A DNA stretch of 58,414 nt, taken from assembly GCA_963745035.1 (NCBI GenBank), contig CAVUVW010000009.1, forward strand, positions 1 to 58,414. Direction: 5' to 3'. The translations under genes were made by a program, and so were the position numbers. This DNA comes from an uncultured delta proteobacterium (GTDB taxonomy: Bacteria; Desulfobacterota; Binatia; UBA9968). Every line of letters starts with the position of its first letter. Positions within the stretch are counted from its first letter, which is position 1. The notes beneath the pieces were generated by a model, which had not been told where the DNA came from, did no database searches, and saw only the letters and a program-made list of their open reading frames with translations. Below, piece after piece: positions 27,245-36,976 of this stretch.

Positions 27245-29023
27245 ATGGCGAAAGCGCAAAAATTGGAAAAACCGCGCGCCGAATGGGGCTCGGATGTCGT
27301 CGTCGATCTGCTCAAGGCCTTCGAGTTCGAATACATCGCTATTAATCCTGGAGCGACCTTTCGCGGATTGCACGACTCGCTGGTCAACTATGGCGGTAAT
27401 CACGCGCCTGAGATTATTCTTTGCAACCATGAAGAGATCTGTGTCGCGTTGGCGCACGGTTATGCGCGCGCCAAGGGACGGCCGATGGCGGCGGCGGTGC
27501 ATAATATCGTCGGCCTGCAGCACGCGTCGATGGCAATTTACAACGCCTGGGCAGACCGCTTACCCGTGATCGTACTCGGCGGCACCGGGCCGATGGACTC
27601 CGCCAACCGCCGGCCGTGGATCGACTGGGTGCATACGGCCAATGTCCAGGGGACTCTGGTGCGCGACTTCGTCAAATGGGACGACCAGCCTGGCAGCGTC
27701 GAGGCGGTGCCGGACTCCTTCATTCGGGCCTACCGCCTGGCGACCAGCGATCCGCAGGGGCCGGTTTATATCTGCTACGACGCCGACGTGCAGGAAAAAC
27801 AGCTCGACGGCGACGTGAGCTTTCCGTCGCTCGACCGCTATCCCGCGCCGCTGGCGCTGCAAGCGCCGGAAGAAGGTTTTGAAAAGACGGTCCGATGGCT
27901 GCTGGAAGCGAAGAAGCCGGTGATACTCGCCGACTGGGTAGGGCGGCGCGAGGCCGGATTCAAGGCGCTTGGTGAGCTGGCGGAGATGCTCGGCGCGCCG
28001 GTGCTCGATCAGTTCGGCCGGTTCAACTTCCCCGTGCAGCATCCGCTGAACCTTACCGGCCAGAGCGACAAGGTCATTCCGCAGGCTGATTTGATTCTCG
28101 CGCTGGATGTTCCCGACCTCGAAGGCGCGACCGCGCGACGAGCGCAAGAAAGAGGCAACCGCCGAGCGACGTCGTTGATATCGGCCGGTGCCAAGATCAT
28201 CAATGTCAGCCTGGACGACCTGCTCGTGCGCGCCTGGGCGACCGATTTCAACAAGCTGCGCGAAGCCGACCTGATGATCACGGCGGATACTTCGGTGTTC
28301 TTGCCCGAGTTGGCCCGCCGGCTCAAGGCGGAGAAGAAGCTCGGCGAGCTGAAGGATGACATCGCGCGGCGGCGCGCGGATTGGGAAAGGATTTACCAAG
28401 ACAAAAAAGCCGCTTTGGAAAAAGAGCTCAAGGCGAAGTGGGACGACAAGCCGGTGTCGATGACCCGCATCTACGGTGAGATCAACGAAGCGCTCAAGGG
28501 AGAAGATTGGGTGCTCACCAACGGCAGCTCGCAAAGCAAGGAAAACTTCTATCTGCCCGCAGCGAAGTTCAATCAGATCCTCGGTAAGTACAAAGGCGGC
28601 GGTTTGGGCTACGGCCTGCCGGCTTCCCTCGGCGCAGCGCTGGCGCACAAAGGGTCGGGGAAGTTTTGCCTGAATATCCAACCCGACGGCGATTTGCTCT
28701 TTACCGTGAGCGCGCTCTGGACCGCGGTGCATCATCAGATTCCGCTGCTGACCATCGTTTGCAGCAACCGCTCCTACTTCAACGACGAAGAGCATCAGGA
28801 AAGAATCGCCCTCGTGCGCAACCGCCCGGTGGAAAACAAGACCATCGGCATCCGCATCGAAGATCCCAACGTCGACTTCGGCGCCATGGCGCGCACCTAC
28901 GGCTGCTGGGGCGCCGGCCCGATCACCGAGCCGAAAGATTTGATCAAGACCTTGCGTGAAGCCGTAAAGGTCGTGAAAGGCGGCAAACCTGCGTTGGTCG
29001 ATGTCGTCTGCCAGATGAGATAG
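27245..29023 (+). CDS. Thiamine diphosphate-dependent enzyme (acetolactate synthase/benzoylformate decarboxylase-like)
   Basis: NPGATFRGLHDS, HEE catalytic Glu, ThDP motif variant PDGDLLF...NRSY. Confidence 0.92.
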   Translation: MAKAQKLEKPRAEWGSDVVVDLLKAFEFEYIAINPGATFRGLHDSLVNYGGNHAPEIILCNHEEICVALAHGYARAKGRPMAAAVHNIVGLQHASMAIYNAWADRLPVIVLGGTGPMDSANRRPWIDWVHTANVQGTLVRDFVKWDDQPGSVEAVPDSFIRAYRLATSDPQGPVYICYDADVQEKQLDGDVSFPSLDRYPAPLALQAPEEGFEKTVRWLLEAKKPVILADWVGRREAGFKALGELAEMLGAPVLDQFGRFNFPVQHPLNLTGQSDKVIPQADLILALDVPDLEGATARRAQERGNRRATSLISAGAKIINVSLDDLLVRAWATDFNKLREADLMITADTSVFLPELARRLKAEKKLGELKDDIARRRADWERIYQDKKAALEKELKAKWDDKPVSMTRIYGEINEALKGEDWVLTNGSSQSKENFYLPAAKFNQILGKYKGGGLGYGLPASLGAALAHKGSGKFCLNIQPDGDLLFTVSALWTAVHHQIPLLTIVCSNRSYFNDEEHQERIALVRNRPVENKTIGIRIEDPNVDFGAMARTYGCWGAGPITEPKDLIKTLREAVKVVKGGKPALVDVVCQMR

Positions 29024-29129
29024 GAACGTCTTCCCGCAAATCGCGCGAAGGCGCAAAGTTAAGAAAATTTATCCGCCTTGACGCCCTTGGCAGCATGGAT
29101 TCCCACACCGCCAAACGCCGGTCGGCGGC

Positions 29130-29444
29130 TCAGTGATAAGTTTTTTGGAGAGCCTCGTCTTCTTGGCGCAATCGTTTGTCGATAACGAACGGGCCGAAGG
29201 GAAGCAGTGCGGCGATTAGGACGCCGCCCGTTTGCCACAAAGTCCACTTGGCTTCCTGGTGCGCCTGCGTGAGCGCGACACAAAATGTAATGAATAACAG
29301 ACCATGGACCCAGCCAACAAGCGTGACCGCTTGCGGCAGGCCGGCGAAATACTTGAGCGGCATGGCCACACCCAGCAGGAGGAGAAAGGAGATGCCTTCG
29401 ATGAGCCCAATGATACGAAGGCGGCTGATGGAAGTGCGGACCAT
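29130..29444 (-). CDS. DUF3817-like small membrane protein
   Basis: EGISFLLLLGVAMPLKY, GWVHGLLF, AALLPFGPF. Confidence 0.85.
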   Translation of the reverse strand: MVRTSISRLRIIGLIEGISFLLLLGVAMPLKYFAGLPQAVTLVGWVHGLLFITFCVALTQAHQEAKWTLWQTGGVLIAALLPFGPFVIDKRLRQEDEALQKTYH

Positions 29445-29561
29445 GGGGTTACGTCCGGATGTTCGCTTGCAGGAATTAAAGTCTTACCGAGTAAATAGCC
29501 GGTAAAAATCTTTAATTCAATGCGGAATCCAATCGGAAGAACGTAAGCAGTGCTCTAGCAG

Positions 29562-30272
29562 CTAACAGCCGAGTTGCTCGGCGAGATCCATGAAATTCTT
29601 AGCGATAATGCCGTACCTGTCATTTGGTGGGATTGGAAGGGACTTTCCCGGTCCATGTTCCATGGGTCGGTGGACGAACGCAGTTCGAAGGCCGTATTTT
29701 TGCGCCGATTGAAGATCGTGCTCGTGGGCGGCGACCATCATGACTTGTTCGGGTTTGAGGTCGAAGAGTTGCGGGACCAGCAGATACACCGACGAGTCCG
29801 GTTTGTAGTGTTTCACGTTTTCCGCCGAGAGAATGCAATCCCACGGTAGGCCGGCGTGCTTCGCCATGTTGGTTAACAAGGAAATATTGCCGTTGGACAA
29901 CGTGCTTACTACGAACCGCGATTTTAAACGCTCGAGTCCGGAAACCGAATCGGGCCATGGCGTGAGCCGATGCCAGACGCGATTGAAATGCTGCTTCTCA
30001 TCTTCGGTGAGGTTCGTGATACCAAACTTCTTCAGGGTTTCGTCCAGCATCATTCGGTGCAGATCGTCGAGCTTGGTCCAAGGTAATTCTCCGCTCCCGA
30101 CGCGATCCATGTACGGGCGATAGATCGAGCGCCAGGCATCGGCGAAAGCCGCCCAGTCGATTTGCAGTCCTTTCGTTCTGCCGAGCTGCTCGCCTTCAGC
30201 GATCACGCTGGAGCGCCAATCGACGACGGTGCCGAAAACGTCGAAGGCGAGGACCTCTACCTCTTGTGGCAT
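29562..30272 (-). CDS. Haloacid dehalogenase type II (HAD superfamily)
   Basis: FDVFGTVVDWR, WHRLTPWPDS, LSNGN, YKPD, MVAAHEHDL. Confidence 0.93.
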   Translation of the reverse strand: MPQEVEVLAFDVFGTVVDWRSSVIAEGEQLGRTKGLQIDWAAFADAWRSIYRPYMDRVGSGELPWTKLDDLHRMMLDETLKKFGITNLTEDEKQHFNRVWHRLTPWPDSVSGLERLKSRFVVSTLSNGNISLLTNMAKHAGLPWDCILSAENVKHYKPDSSVYLLVPQLFDLKPEQVMMVAAHEHDLQSAQKYGLRTAFVHRPMEHGPGKSLPIPPNDRYGIIAKNFMDLAEQLGC

Positions 30273-30275
30273 AAT

Positions 30276-31044
30276 TTACCTCGATCCCGCGGCTCTCTTC
30301 ATTTCGAAAAGATCGACAACCGAGGCTTCCGGGACCTGTGTCACGTACACGAAAGCGATTCCCACGGCCAAAATGAGTTCGAGCAATCCGACCCACATTG
30401 TGACTGTGGCATGGCGCCACCAACGGATCGATCTCCGTCCGATGAAACCGCAAAGCAAAGCCCCCAACGCCGCGGTCCAGATGGCTTGAAGCCGCAACAT
30501 CTCCGGATCTAAGAAGGACGGAGAAAGAATACTCCGCAATCCGCCTTGGATCATCGTGAGCGCGGTGGCCGCCAATTCCAGTAAGGCCCATATCGCACCC
30601 ATAGCGGAAAAAAGCACGATTCCACCGTAGATGCGGGCAAAAGAAGCTCCGAGAGGAGGGCCGTAGAGTTTCAGCAGCGCTCTTTCGATGGTCGTGGCTT
30701 TCGCGCCCCCAAGTATGTCGGCCAGATGATCGCTCACAGCCTGCACGTCGCGGTCAAAGGACATATGGCGAAGCTCCATGGCGTTAAGACTGGAAATTTT
30801 CCTGAAACCGCGCCGGTAAGACGGCTTCGGCTGGCATGGAAGCCCCGTCGCCGCACTTGTCGAGCGTTTCTCTGATGACATCGTGAAAATTGGCGCCAGG
30901 TCGAATCGAGTCCACGTCGAAAAATACCTGGTTGCCAAACTGCGCTTTGAGTTTATCCACCAGGCGGCCGGCGTAGCCGGCGCTGTCCGCGCGGCGATAA
31001 CTGACGAAAATTGCAACTTTGTCTGGAGCCGAGAAGAGCTTCAT
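30276..31044 (-). pseudogene. TIR domain + multi-TM protein with internal TIR deletion and a frameshift near 30805
   Basis: IFVSYRRADSAGYAGRL..VFFDVDSIRPGANF..TLDKCG joins directly to DGASMPAEAVLP; after a shift it continues LNAMELRHMSFDRDV and about 3 TM helices. Confidence 0.7.
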
Positions 31045-31060
31045 TGTGGGCGAAAGCAAC

Positions 31061-32227
31061 TCAGCCGCAGACAGGAAACTTGAACGGATAATTGTGCAGC
31101 GCCTCGCCGCCGTTCGGTTTGACGACCACGGCCGCGCCGAGCTGGAGTCCGGCCGTGAAATCTTTGGTAACCGGGTTGGGCTGGATCACGTGAACCATGT
31201 TTTCTTCCAGCGTCCAGCGCTCCAGCGGATGCGCCGCGGACTTGGTGCCAAGCTCCGGCGATTTGCCGGCTTCGCCGTGAAAGACACTGTCGTAGGAGGT
31301 AAAGCCGCTTTCCTCGATCACCGAAGTCGCGGCGACGATCTGTTCGCTCGTCGTGCCGGGTTTACAAACCCTTCGGACGTCTTCGTAACACCGGTAGGCG
31401 GCGTCGAAAAGTTTTCTGTAAGTCGGCGAGGGCTCTTTGCCGATGGCAAAGGGGCGGTGAATTTGCGTCGAGTAGCCCCAGTAGCTCACGGTGAGCTCGG
31501 TGATGATCACGCTGCCTTTCTCCAGCACCCGTGAAGTTTGCTTTTGCCATGGCACGAAACGATCAGGATTGGCCATGTTCGTCGCGGCGATGAAATGAAT
31601 GCCGGGATCCCCGCCCTGCTTGATGTAAGAGCTGTAAACGATCGACAGAACATCCTGTTCAGTCAGTCCCGGACGCAATTGGTTTTCCAAGGCCTCGCAT
31701 GCGAGATCGGTGAGATAGCCGCTCTTGCGCAGGTAAACCAGTTCTTCCTCGCTGCGCACCCGCCGGATGCGGCCGAACTGAGTCCCGAACTCGACGAACT
31801 CTGCTTCCGAAAACTGGCGCTGCAACTCAGTCACATGGCCGTAAGCCATGCCGCGCATACTCACGAGACCGATCTTAGCTTTGTTTAGGCCGCGCTTCCG
31901 TATCTCTTCCACAATCGTCGGCAGCGGCGTCGGGCCGTACCAGCGCACGTCGTCGATGACGGACTGCGCCTTGGCGCAGGGCTGGTGATTGAAGAAATGG
32001 ATGAAAACCGTTCCCTCGCCTTCGCGTGGAAAGAGCATCCAGCAGGGTGACTGCGCGAGATAGTTGGAAAGATACGCGACTTCCGACGAACCGCGCGCGC
32101 CGGAGATGAGAATCGCATCGATATTCTCTCTCTTCATTGCTTCGCGAATTGCGCGGTAGCGGCGAGCGTATTCGGCTTCGGAGAAACGGGGGAAAAGATC
32201 GCTGTTTACGGGTTGGTCATTCATCAA
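31061..32227 (-). CDS. M24 (pita-bread fold; Xaa-Pro peptidase/creatinase-like) protein
   Basis: FSEAEYARRY, RRVRSEEEL, LRPGLTE, ELTVSYWGYSTQIHR, FHG, LEENMV..IQPN. Confidence 0.88.
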   Translation of the reverse strand: MMNDQPVNSDLFPRFSEAEYARRYRAIREAMKRENIDAILISGARGSSEVAYLSNYLAQSPCWMLFPREGEGTVFIHFFNHQPCAKAQSVIDDVRWYGPTPLPTIVEEIRKRGLNKAKIGLVSMRGMAYGHVTELQRQFSEAEFVEFGTQFGRIRRVRSEEELVYLRKSGYLTDLACEALENQLRPGLTEQDVLSIVYSSYIKQGGDPGIHFIAATNMANPDRFVPWQKQTSRVLEKGSVIITELTVSYWGYSTQIHRPFAIGKEPSPTYRKLFDAAYRCYEDVRRVCKPGTTSEQIVAATSVIEESGFTSYDSVFHGEAGKSPELGTKSAAHPLERWTLEENMVHVIQPNPVTKDFTAGLQLGAAVVVKPNGGEALHNYPFKFPVCG

Positions 32228-34125
32228 TTCGTGCCTAGGCTTAAGGTCTCTTCTGCTGTACCATCCGGCGGATCGAGAGTCGTGAACAACGCACGGCTAT
32301 TCGGCATGGTCGTAAAGCCGTCCCGATAAAGTTGTTCGCCGCCCCACTGAAGCTGGTCGCCTTCTTTGCTCAATTTCTCGACGCCTTGATAAATCGGCAT
32401 CACGCGGCTCATCTCTTCGCGGATGGCCTGAGTGTCGTTGAACGGAAACAGCTTGTCGCCGTTCGACATCGTCTTGCGACCGATCAGAGCGGGTATTTCC
32501 CAGTCTGGCAAACTTTCACCGAGGCAGTGACCGGGCATTTCAGGAGTGAAGCGAATGCGCCGCTCGGTGCTTGTCGAAGTTCCGCCGGTGCGCTGTTCGT
32601 AGCGCGTTTGTCCGGGGAGAAGCACGACGGTCTCGTTGGCATCGACGAGCATCGAAGTGTTTAACACGATGTCATGATGGACTCGTACGGGAACTTTTGC
32701 CAGCGCTTCATTGATGAACCTCGGTTCAGGCATGGTTTCGAGCAGATTACCGCCTAGGGAGTAGAGGAATTTTATTTCGCCCCGATGTGCCGCTTTGATC
32801 ATGTCCGGCACCTTCAGGCCCGGCTTGGAGGGAACGGGATGATGCCAAAGATTAGAGAACCGGCGCGCGGTGTCGCCATTGACCGAAAACCCGCCTGGAA
32901 AGGTGTCCGGCTCTGAGCCGCATTCACCGCCCCCCTGTGCACCGCTGTGCCCCCGGATCGGCATGATGCCGCACTTCTCTCGCGCGAACATACCACGGGC
33001 AAGAGCGAGATTGACCACCTCCTTGACGTTGTCGACGCCGAATTCGTGTTGCGTGAATCCCGTACCGTAGACAAAGACCGCGCTGCGCGCCTTGCTGTAG
33101 GCTTCGGCCAACCGCTGCATTTCCTCGCGGGACACTCCGGCGCGCTGCTCCAACATGTCCCACGTTTGCTTTTCGAGCGCCGCCGCCAACTCGCCGAATC
33201 CCATTGTCTGCCGCTCGATGAACGACCGATCGACACGTTCGGCGAGGATCAGAAACTTGATCACACCGTTGATGAACGCGATGTCGCCGCCAGCGCGCAC
33301 CTGAAACAGATTGTCGATTAGCTTGGTGTCGATCGAAGGCGGCCGAGCGTTCTGGACGTCATGCGCGCGCAGCGGACTCACGAGGACGATGCGGGTGCCG
33401 GATTTCTTGGCGTGGTGCAGGTATTTGGTCATCACCGGGTGGTTGTCGGCGACGTCGGGGCCGAAAACGACCAACAAGTCTGTCCCGATGAAATCGGCAA
33501 GGGAACAGGTCGCCGCGCCGTAGCCCAGCGTTGCCTTCAATCCTGAAACGCAGGCAGCATGGCTCAGGTGTGAGCAGAGATCGACATTGTTGGTTCCAAG
33601 CACGCGGGCGAGCTTCTGGAAGACATAGTAAACTTCATTGGTCAGCCCGCGCGAGGTGGCGAAGAACGCAAGCTCATGCGGAGTTGTTTTGCGGATCGAT
33701 TTAGCGACGATGTCGACCGCTTCTTGCCAAGTTACCCGTAAAAAACCGCGCTGGCCTTTGTGCCGCACCATAGGGTAGGACAAGCGACCGAGCGACACGA
33801 GTTGATCGGGGCCCATGCGCCGAAGCCGTGCAACGTCGCTCAGCGCCGATAAGTCGACGGCCTCCATGGTATTGACCTTGAGCAGCTTGAGCCGCGGCAT
33901 GCATAGATGCATGCCGTCGACGACATTGTCGCGCAGGCCGTAGGGTCCGAGCGAGCAACTATCGCAGACGCCGTGATTGAGGATATTCCACGCGTAGGGA
34001 AGTTCTTTGCGGTTTGCCCAAAGGACGCTGAGGATCTCCCGGTAATGATGAGGCTTGGCCTGTCCGATCCATCCGAACGGAACCAAGCGGGAAAGCCAGG
34101 TGTCGTTGGATTTCACTCCAGGCAT
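32224..34125 (-). CDS. FdhF/YdeP-family molybdopterin oxidoreductase-like protein lacking the C-terminal domain
   Basis: GVCDSCSLG, GRLSYPM, TSRGLTNE, GTNNVDLC, PIRGHSGAQG, STERRI; 633 aa. Confidence 0.88.
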   Translation of the reverse strand: MPGVKSNDTWLSRLVPFGWIGQAKPHHYREILSVLWANRKELPYAWNILNHGVCDSCSLGPYGLRDNVVDGMHLCMPRLKLLKVNTMEAVDLSALSDVARLRRMGPDQLVSLGRLSYPMVRHKGQRGFLRVTWQEAVDIVAKSIRKTTPHELAFFATSRGLTNEVYYVFQKLARVLGTNNVDLCSHLSHAACVSGLKATLGYGAATCSLADFIGTDLLVVFGPDVADNHPVMTKYLHHAKKSGTRIVLVSPLRAHDVQNARPPSIDTKLIDNLFQVRAGGDIAFINGVIKFLILAERVDRSFIERQTMGFGELAAALEKQTWDMLEQRAGVSREEMQRLAEAYSKARSAVFVYGTGFTQHEFGVDNVKEVVNLALARGMFAREKCGIMPIRGHSGAQGGGECGSEPDTFPGGFSVNGDTARRFSNLWHHPVPSKPGLKVPDMIKAAHRGEIKFLYSLGGNLLETMPEPRFINEALAKVPVRVHHDIVLNTSMLVDANETVVLLPGQTRYEQRTGGTSTSTERRIRFTPEMPGHCLGESLPDWEIPALIGRKTMSNGDKLFPFNDTQAIREEMSRVMPIYQGVEKLSKEGDQLQWGGEQLYRDGFTTMPNSRALFTTLDPPDGTAEETLSLGTN

Positions 34126-34131
34126 TGACGA

Positions 34132-34602
34132 TCAGCTTCCGTCGGTGGATTCTTTTGCGGCGCGCAATTCGGCCAAAATATCGGGAAACGCCTCGGGTTG
34201 GCTCTTGGATATCGCTGTTTTGTATAAGGCGTAACGCTGGTGCGGTTTCCAGCGCCGCCATTCCTCAAGCATCACGGTATTGAAGCACGCGGCAGTCTTT
34301 TGTGCCACCGGTGCAGGAATATTTGCCGTGCTCCAGGATTCGGGGTCTAAGGGGTCAGTCGCCTCGACGGATGTGCCGGTATTCTTGCGGGACAAAAAAT
34401 CGAGGTAGCCGGTGAACGCCTGCTTTTCCTCGTCGTTATCGATCGGCAGATGACAAAGGACGGTGCGCTCTTCGAAGCCATAAGCGAGCCAATCTTTCAG
34501 CGAAATCTTTAATCCCGTAAGATCGAGCTTCATGCGCACGTCGAGCGGAATCCGATTTAGGGTGCGATAGAACTCGGCTTCATATCGGTAGCGATTGAAC
34601 AT
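34132..34602 (-). CDS. Nitrate reductase-associated protein (NarM-like)
   Basis: YEAEF..L.RIPLDVRMKLDLTGLKISLKDW, W......QRYALYK, recalled as the NarM family pattern. Confidence 0.8.
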   Translation of the reverse strand: MFNRYRYEAEFYRTLNRIPLDVRMKLDLTGLKISLKDWLAYGFEERTVLCHLPIDNDEEKQAFTGYLDFLSRKNTGTSVEATDPLDPESWSTANIPAPVAQKTAACFNTVMLEEWRRWKPHQRYALYKTAISKSQPEAFPDILAELRAAKESTDGS

Positions 34603-34699
34603 ATCATCAAGTGGTTGCCTTTTGGTGCCGCGTGACGCTATTTTCCTCATGTAACTTGTCAAGTCAACCCGTCCCACAAGGAGGATTTGCGCCAAGCTA

Positions 34700-35227
34700 A
34701 TGCAGTACGATCCGAGACAACCCAATCCTGTGCCATCGCCCATCGAGCCGACGGGATTTTTTACCGGCATTCAACTCCGGCCGGTTATCGCCGGCGTGGT
34801 TATCGACACTATCGCTACTATCGCGCTGGTAACCGCATACTATTCTCTGTTCGTCGCCAAAGACATGGCTGCTCCAGGTGGGATGTCTGAGGATGCCTTT
34901 GCGGAATATTGGAATTCGAGCGAAGGCTTGGTAACGAGTTTATTGCTCGGCTCGCTCGGAACTATGATCGGCGGGTTTTACGCGGCTTACAAAGCGCGAA
35001 CTTTGGAGATGAAGCACGGCGCTCTGGTCGGCATCGGCTCGATCCTGCTGGCGCTCGTTTTCCAAGCCATGGGATCGCAGAGAGAATTGCCCGAGTGGTT
35101 CATGGCTCTGTCGTTGGTAGCGGCGATTCCAGCCGGGGCGCTCGGCGGTTTCTTCGCGGAAATTTACAAAAACGCACTCGGAGGAGGGCGTTCATCGCGC
35201 CGGCGCGGCCTGTCTGGGCGCATGTAA
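34700..35227 (+). CDS. Membrane protein (about 4 TM)
   Basis: Hydrophobic Gly-rich helices (IGGFYAA, HGALVG, GALGG). Confidence 0.75.
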   Translation: MQYDPRQPNPVPSPIEPTGFFTGIQLRPVIAGVVIDTIATIALVTAYYSLFVAKDMAAPGGMSEDAFAEYWNSSEGLVTSLLLGSLGTMIGGFYAAYKARTLEMKHGALVGIGSILLALVFQAMGSQRELPEWFMALSLVAAIPAGALGGFFAEIYKNALGGGRSSRRRGLSGRM

Positions 35228-35270
35228 GCTGCATTTTTTCATCGAGAGCCGTGCCTCAGTACCTGATTCC

Positions 35271-35822
35271 ATGTCGACTATCATTTTTCGGCGGGCTGAG
35301 GCCCAAGACTATGCGGCGATCTTGGATCTCCAGTCAGCGAACTTCGTCGCTAATCTTGACGAAGCGGAACGTAAGCAAGGCTTCCTCTCGGCGCAATTTA
35401 GCGCCGAGCAAACCGCGGCGATTGCCGAGGATCTCGGGACGATGCTTGCGGTTGCCGATGGCAGAGTCGCCGGCTTCCTGTGCGCGTTTCGCAAGGAGTT
35501 CGATACGGGGTCGCCGGTCATCGCCAAGATGCTGGAGTCGTATGATCGTTTGAGCTTCCAAGGCCAGCCGCTGAGCTCGTTCAGTAGCTATATCTACGGC
35601 CCGGCGTGCATCGCTCGAGAATACCGAGGTCGCGGCCTGTTGCGCGGTCTCTATGAAGCTCAGAAGAAGGATTTGGCGGGCCGATTCGAGATCGGCGTGG
35701 CCTTCGTTTCGCGTAGTAATCCGCATTCCTTGCAGGCGCATCTCCGCGGGCTGGGCATGAGCGAGGCCGGGGATTTCGCGGTGAACGACAACGTTTACGT
35801 CACTTTGGCTTTTCGCCTCTGA
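35271..35822 (+). CDS. GNAT-family N-acetyltransferase
   Basis: FRRAEAQDY, GPACIAREYRGRGLLRGLY, NPHSLQAH..LG. Confidence 0.85.
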   Translation: MSTIIFRRAEAQDYAAILDLQSANFVANLDEAERKQGFLSAQFSAEQTAAIAEDLGTMLAVADGRVAGFLCAFRKEFDTGSPVIAKMLESYDRLSFQGQPLSSFSSYIYGPACIAREYRGRGLLRGLYEAQKKDLAGRFEIGVAFVSRSNPHSLQAHLRGLGMSEAGDFAVNDNVYVTLAFRL

Positions 35823-35931
35823 CGATTCAGCTGACTCGTCATCGGAGTTCTTTGATGCCTTGCAGATTGCCGGACCGTTCCATAGAATCGTTTACACGGT
35901 CTCTGCCGTAATCAAGCTTGCGAAAGGAATC

Positions 35932-36442
35932 ATGACTATGGATGCCGATGCCAAGAAAACCGCGCTGCGAATGATACCGTACGGAATTTATGTGCTGACT
36001 TCGGAAGGGAAGGACGGTAAAGTTGCCGCGTCGACTGTGAACTGGGTAACACAGACAGCGTTCCAACCGCCGCTGGTCGTAGTGGGCGTCAAGGCCGACT
36101 CCGGCGCCCATGCGATTATCAAAGACTCCAAAGTTTTTGCGCTCAATATTCTCGGCAAGGATCAAAAGGGCCAGGCTTTTACGTTTCTTCAAACCGCTCG
36201 AGCGCGAGGGCAATAGCATCGGCGGCGAGCCGTTTCGCAAAGGTAGCTTGGGCGCGCCGATCCTGGAAAAGGCGCCCGCGTTCGTCGAGTGTCAACTCGT
36301 GGACACGATCGAAAAGGGCGACCACTCGATTTTCGTCGGAGAAGTCAAGGACGCCGGGGTCGCGGTGCAGCCGTCAGGGCGTCCCGATGACGCGATTCTG
36401 GCAATGCGAGATCTGGGCGATAAGGTGTTCTACGGCGGATAG
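35932..36442 (+). CDS. Flavin reductase-like FMN-binding protein; +1 frameshift near 36185
   Basis: LRMIPYGIYVLT, WVTQTAFQPPLV, FALNILG; then GAPILE..FVECQL..GDHSIFVGEV in the next frame. Confidence 0.88.
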
Positions 36443-36506
36443 CGCGCCGCGGTTACAAGTTCTCGGAATAGGTCGATTGGCAGAGTCGTCGGACAAATGG
36501 GAGGAC

Positions 36507-36878
36507 ATGATGGCTAAGATACGACATATCGCTTATCGCGCGGAGGATGTCGACGCAATGGCGAAGTTTTTTGTCGACGCGATGGGCATGACGATGATTC
36601 AAAAGCGCAAGAACAACGCCATCGATCTGAGCGATGGCAGCGTGAATATTACCGTGCTTCCGCTCGCAGCCGGCCACGGCGGGAAAGCCGGGATAGACCA
36701 CATTGGGTTTTCCACGGACAATGACCAGGAGCAGTTCCAGCTACTGGAAGCCGCGGGCGCAAAAAAAGCGGGCGCGGTGAACCTAGGCACCGCCTACTAC
36801 GAAGACAAGTTTCTGGGCCCCGAGGGAATCATCGTCGATGTGGGCCATTGGCAGGGCGCCGCGCCGCTGGACAAATAG
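36507..36878 (+). CDS. VOC/glyoxalase-family protein
   Basis: KIRHIAY..DVDAMAKFF, GIDHIGF, KFLGPEGIIVDV; RBS GGAGG. Confidence 0.88.
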   Translation: MMAKIRHIAYRAEDVDAMAKFFVDAMGMTMIQKRKNNAIDLSDGSVNITVLPLAAGHGGKAGIDHIGFSTDNDQEQFQLLEAAGAKKAGAVNLGTAYYEDKFLGPEGIIVDVGHWQGAAPLDK

Positions 36879-36879
36879 T

Positions 36880-36962
36880 CGTTCAAAAGTTCAAAGTTCA
36901 ATCGTTCAACGCTCGGATGGACTCCGAATATTGAACGGTTGAACCTTTGAACGCTTGAACGG
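36880..36962. repeat. GTTCAA tandem/inverted repeat element
   Basis: Four GTTCAA units facing four TTGAAC units between convergent genes. Confidence 0.85.
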
Positions 36963-36976
36963 CTTCCTCTCTCTAT

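Noticed and set aside
30276-31044. Thoeris/CBASS/Pycsar defence system built around the TIR gene (with the SLOG gene at 46354 or pncB)
   Set aside because: No adjacent ThsA, cyclase or other defence genes; the SLOG and pncB genes are 15-25 kb away in metabolic contexts; the TIR lacks its catalytic segment.
32224-34125. Selenocysteine read-through explaining the short FdhF-like ORF
   Set aside because: The ligand-position codon is AGC, not TGA, and the terminal TGA overlaps the start of the next recognisable gene, leaving no room for domain IV.
36880-36962. GTTCAA arrays as a CRISPR array
   Set aside because: Units are 7-9 nt with no unique 25-40-nt spacers, partly inverted, and no cas genes are present.
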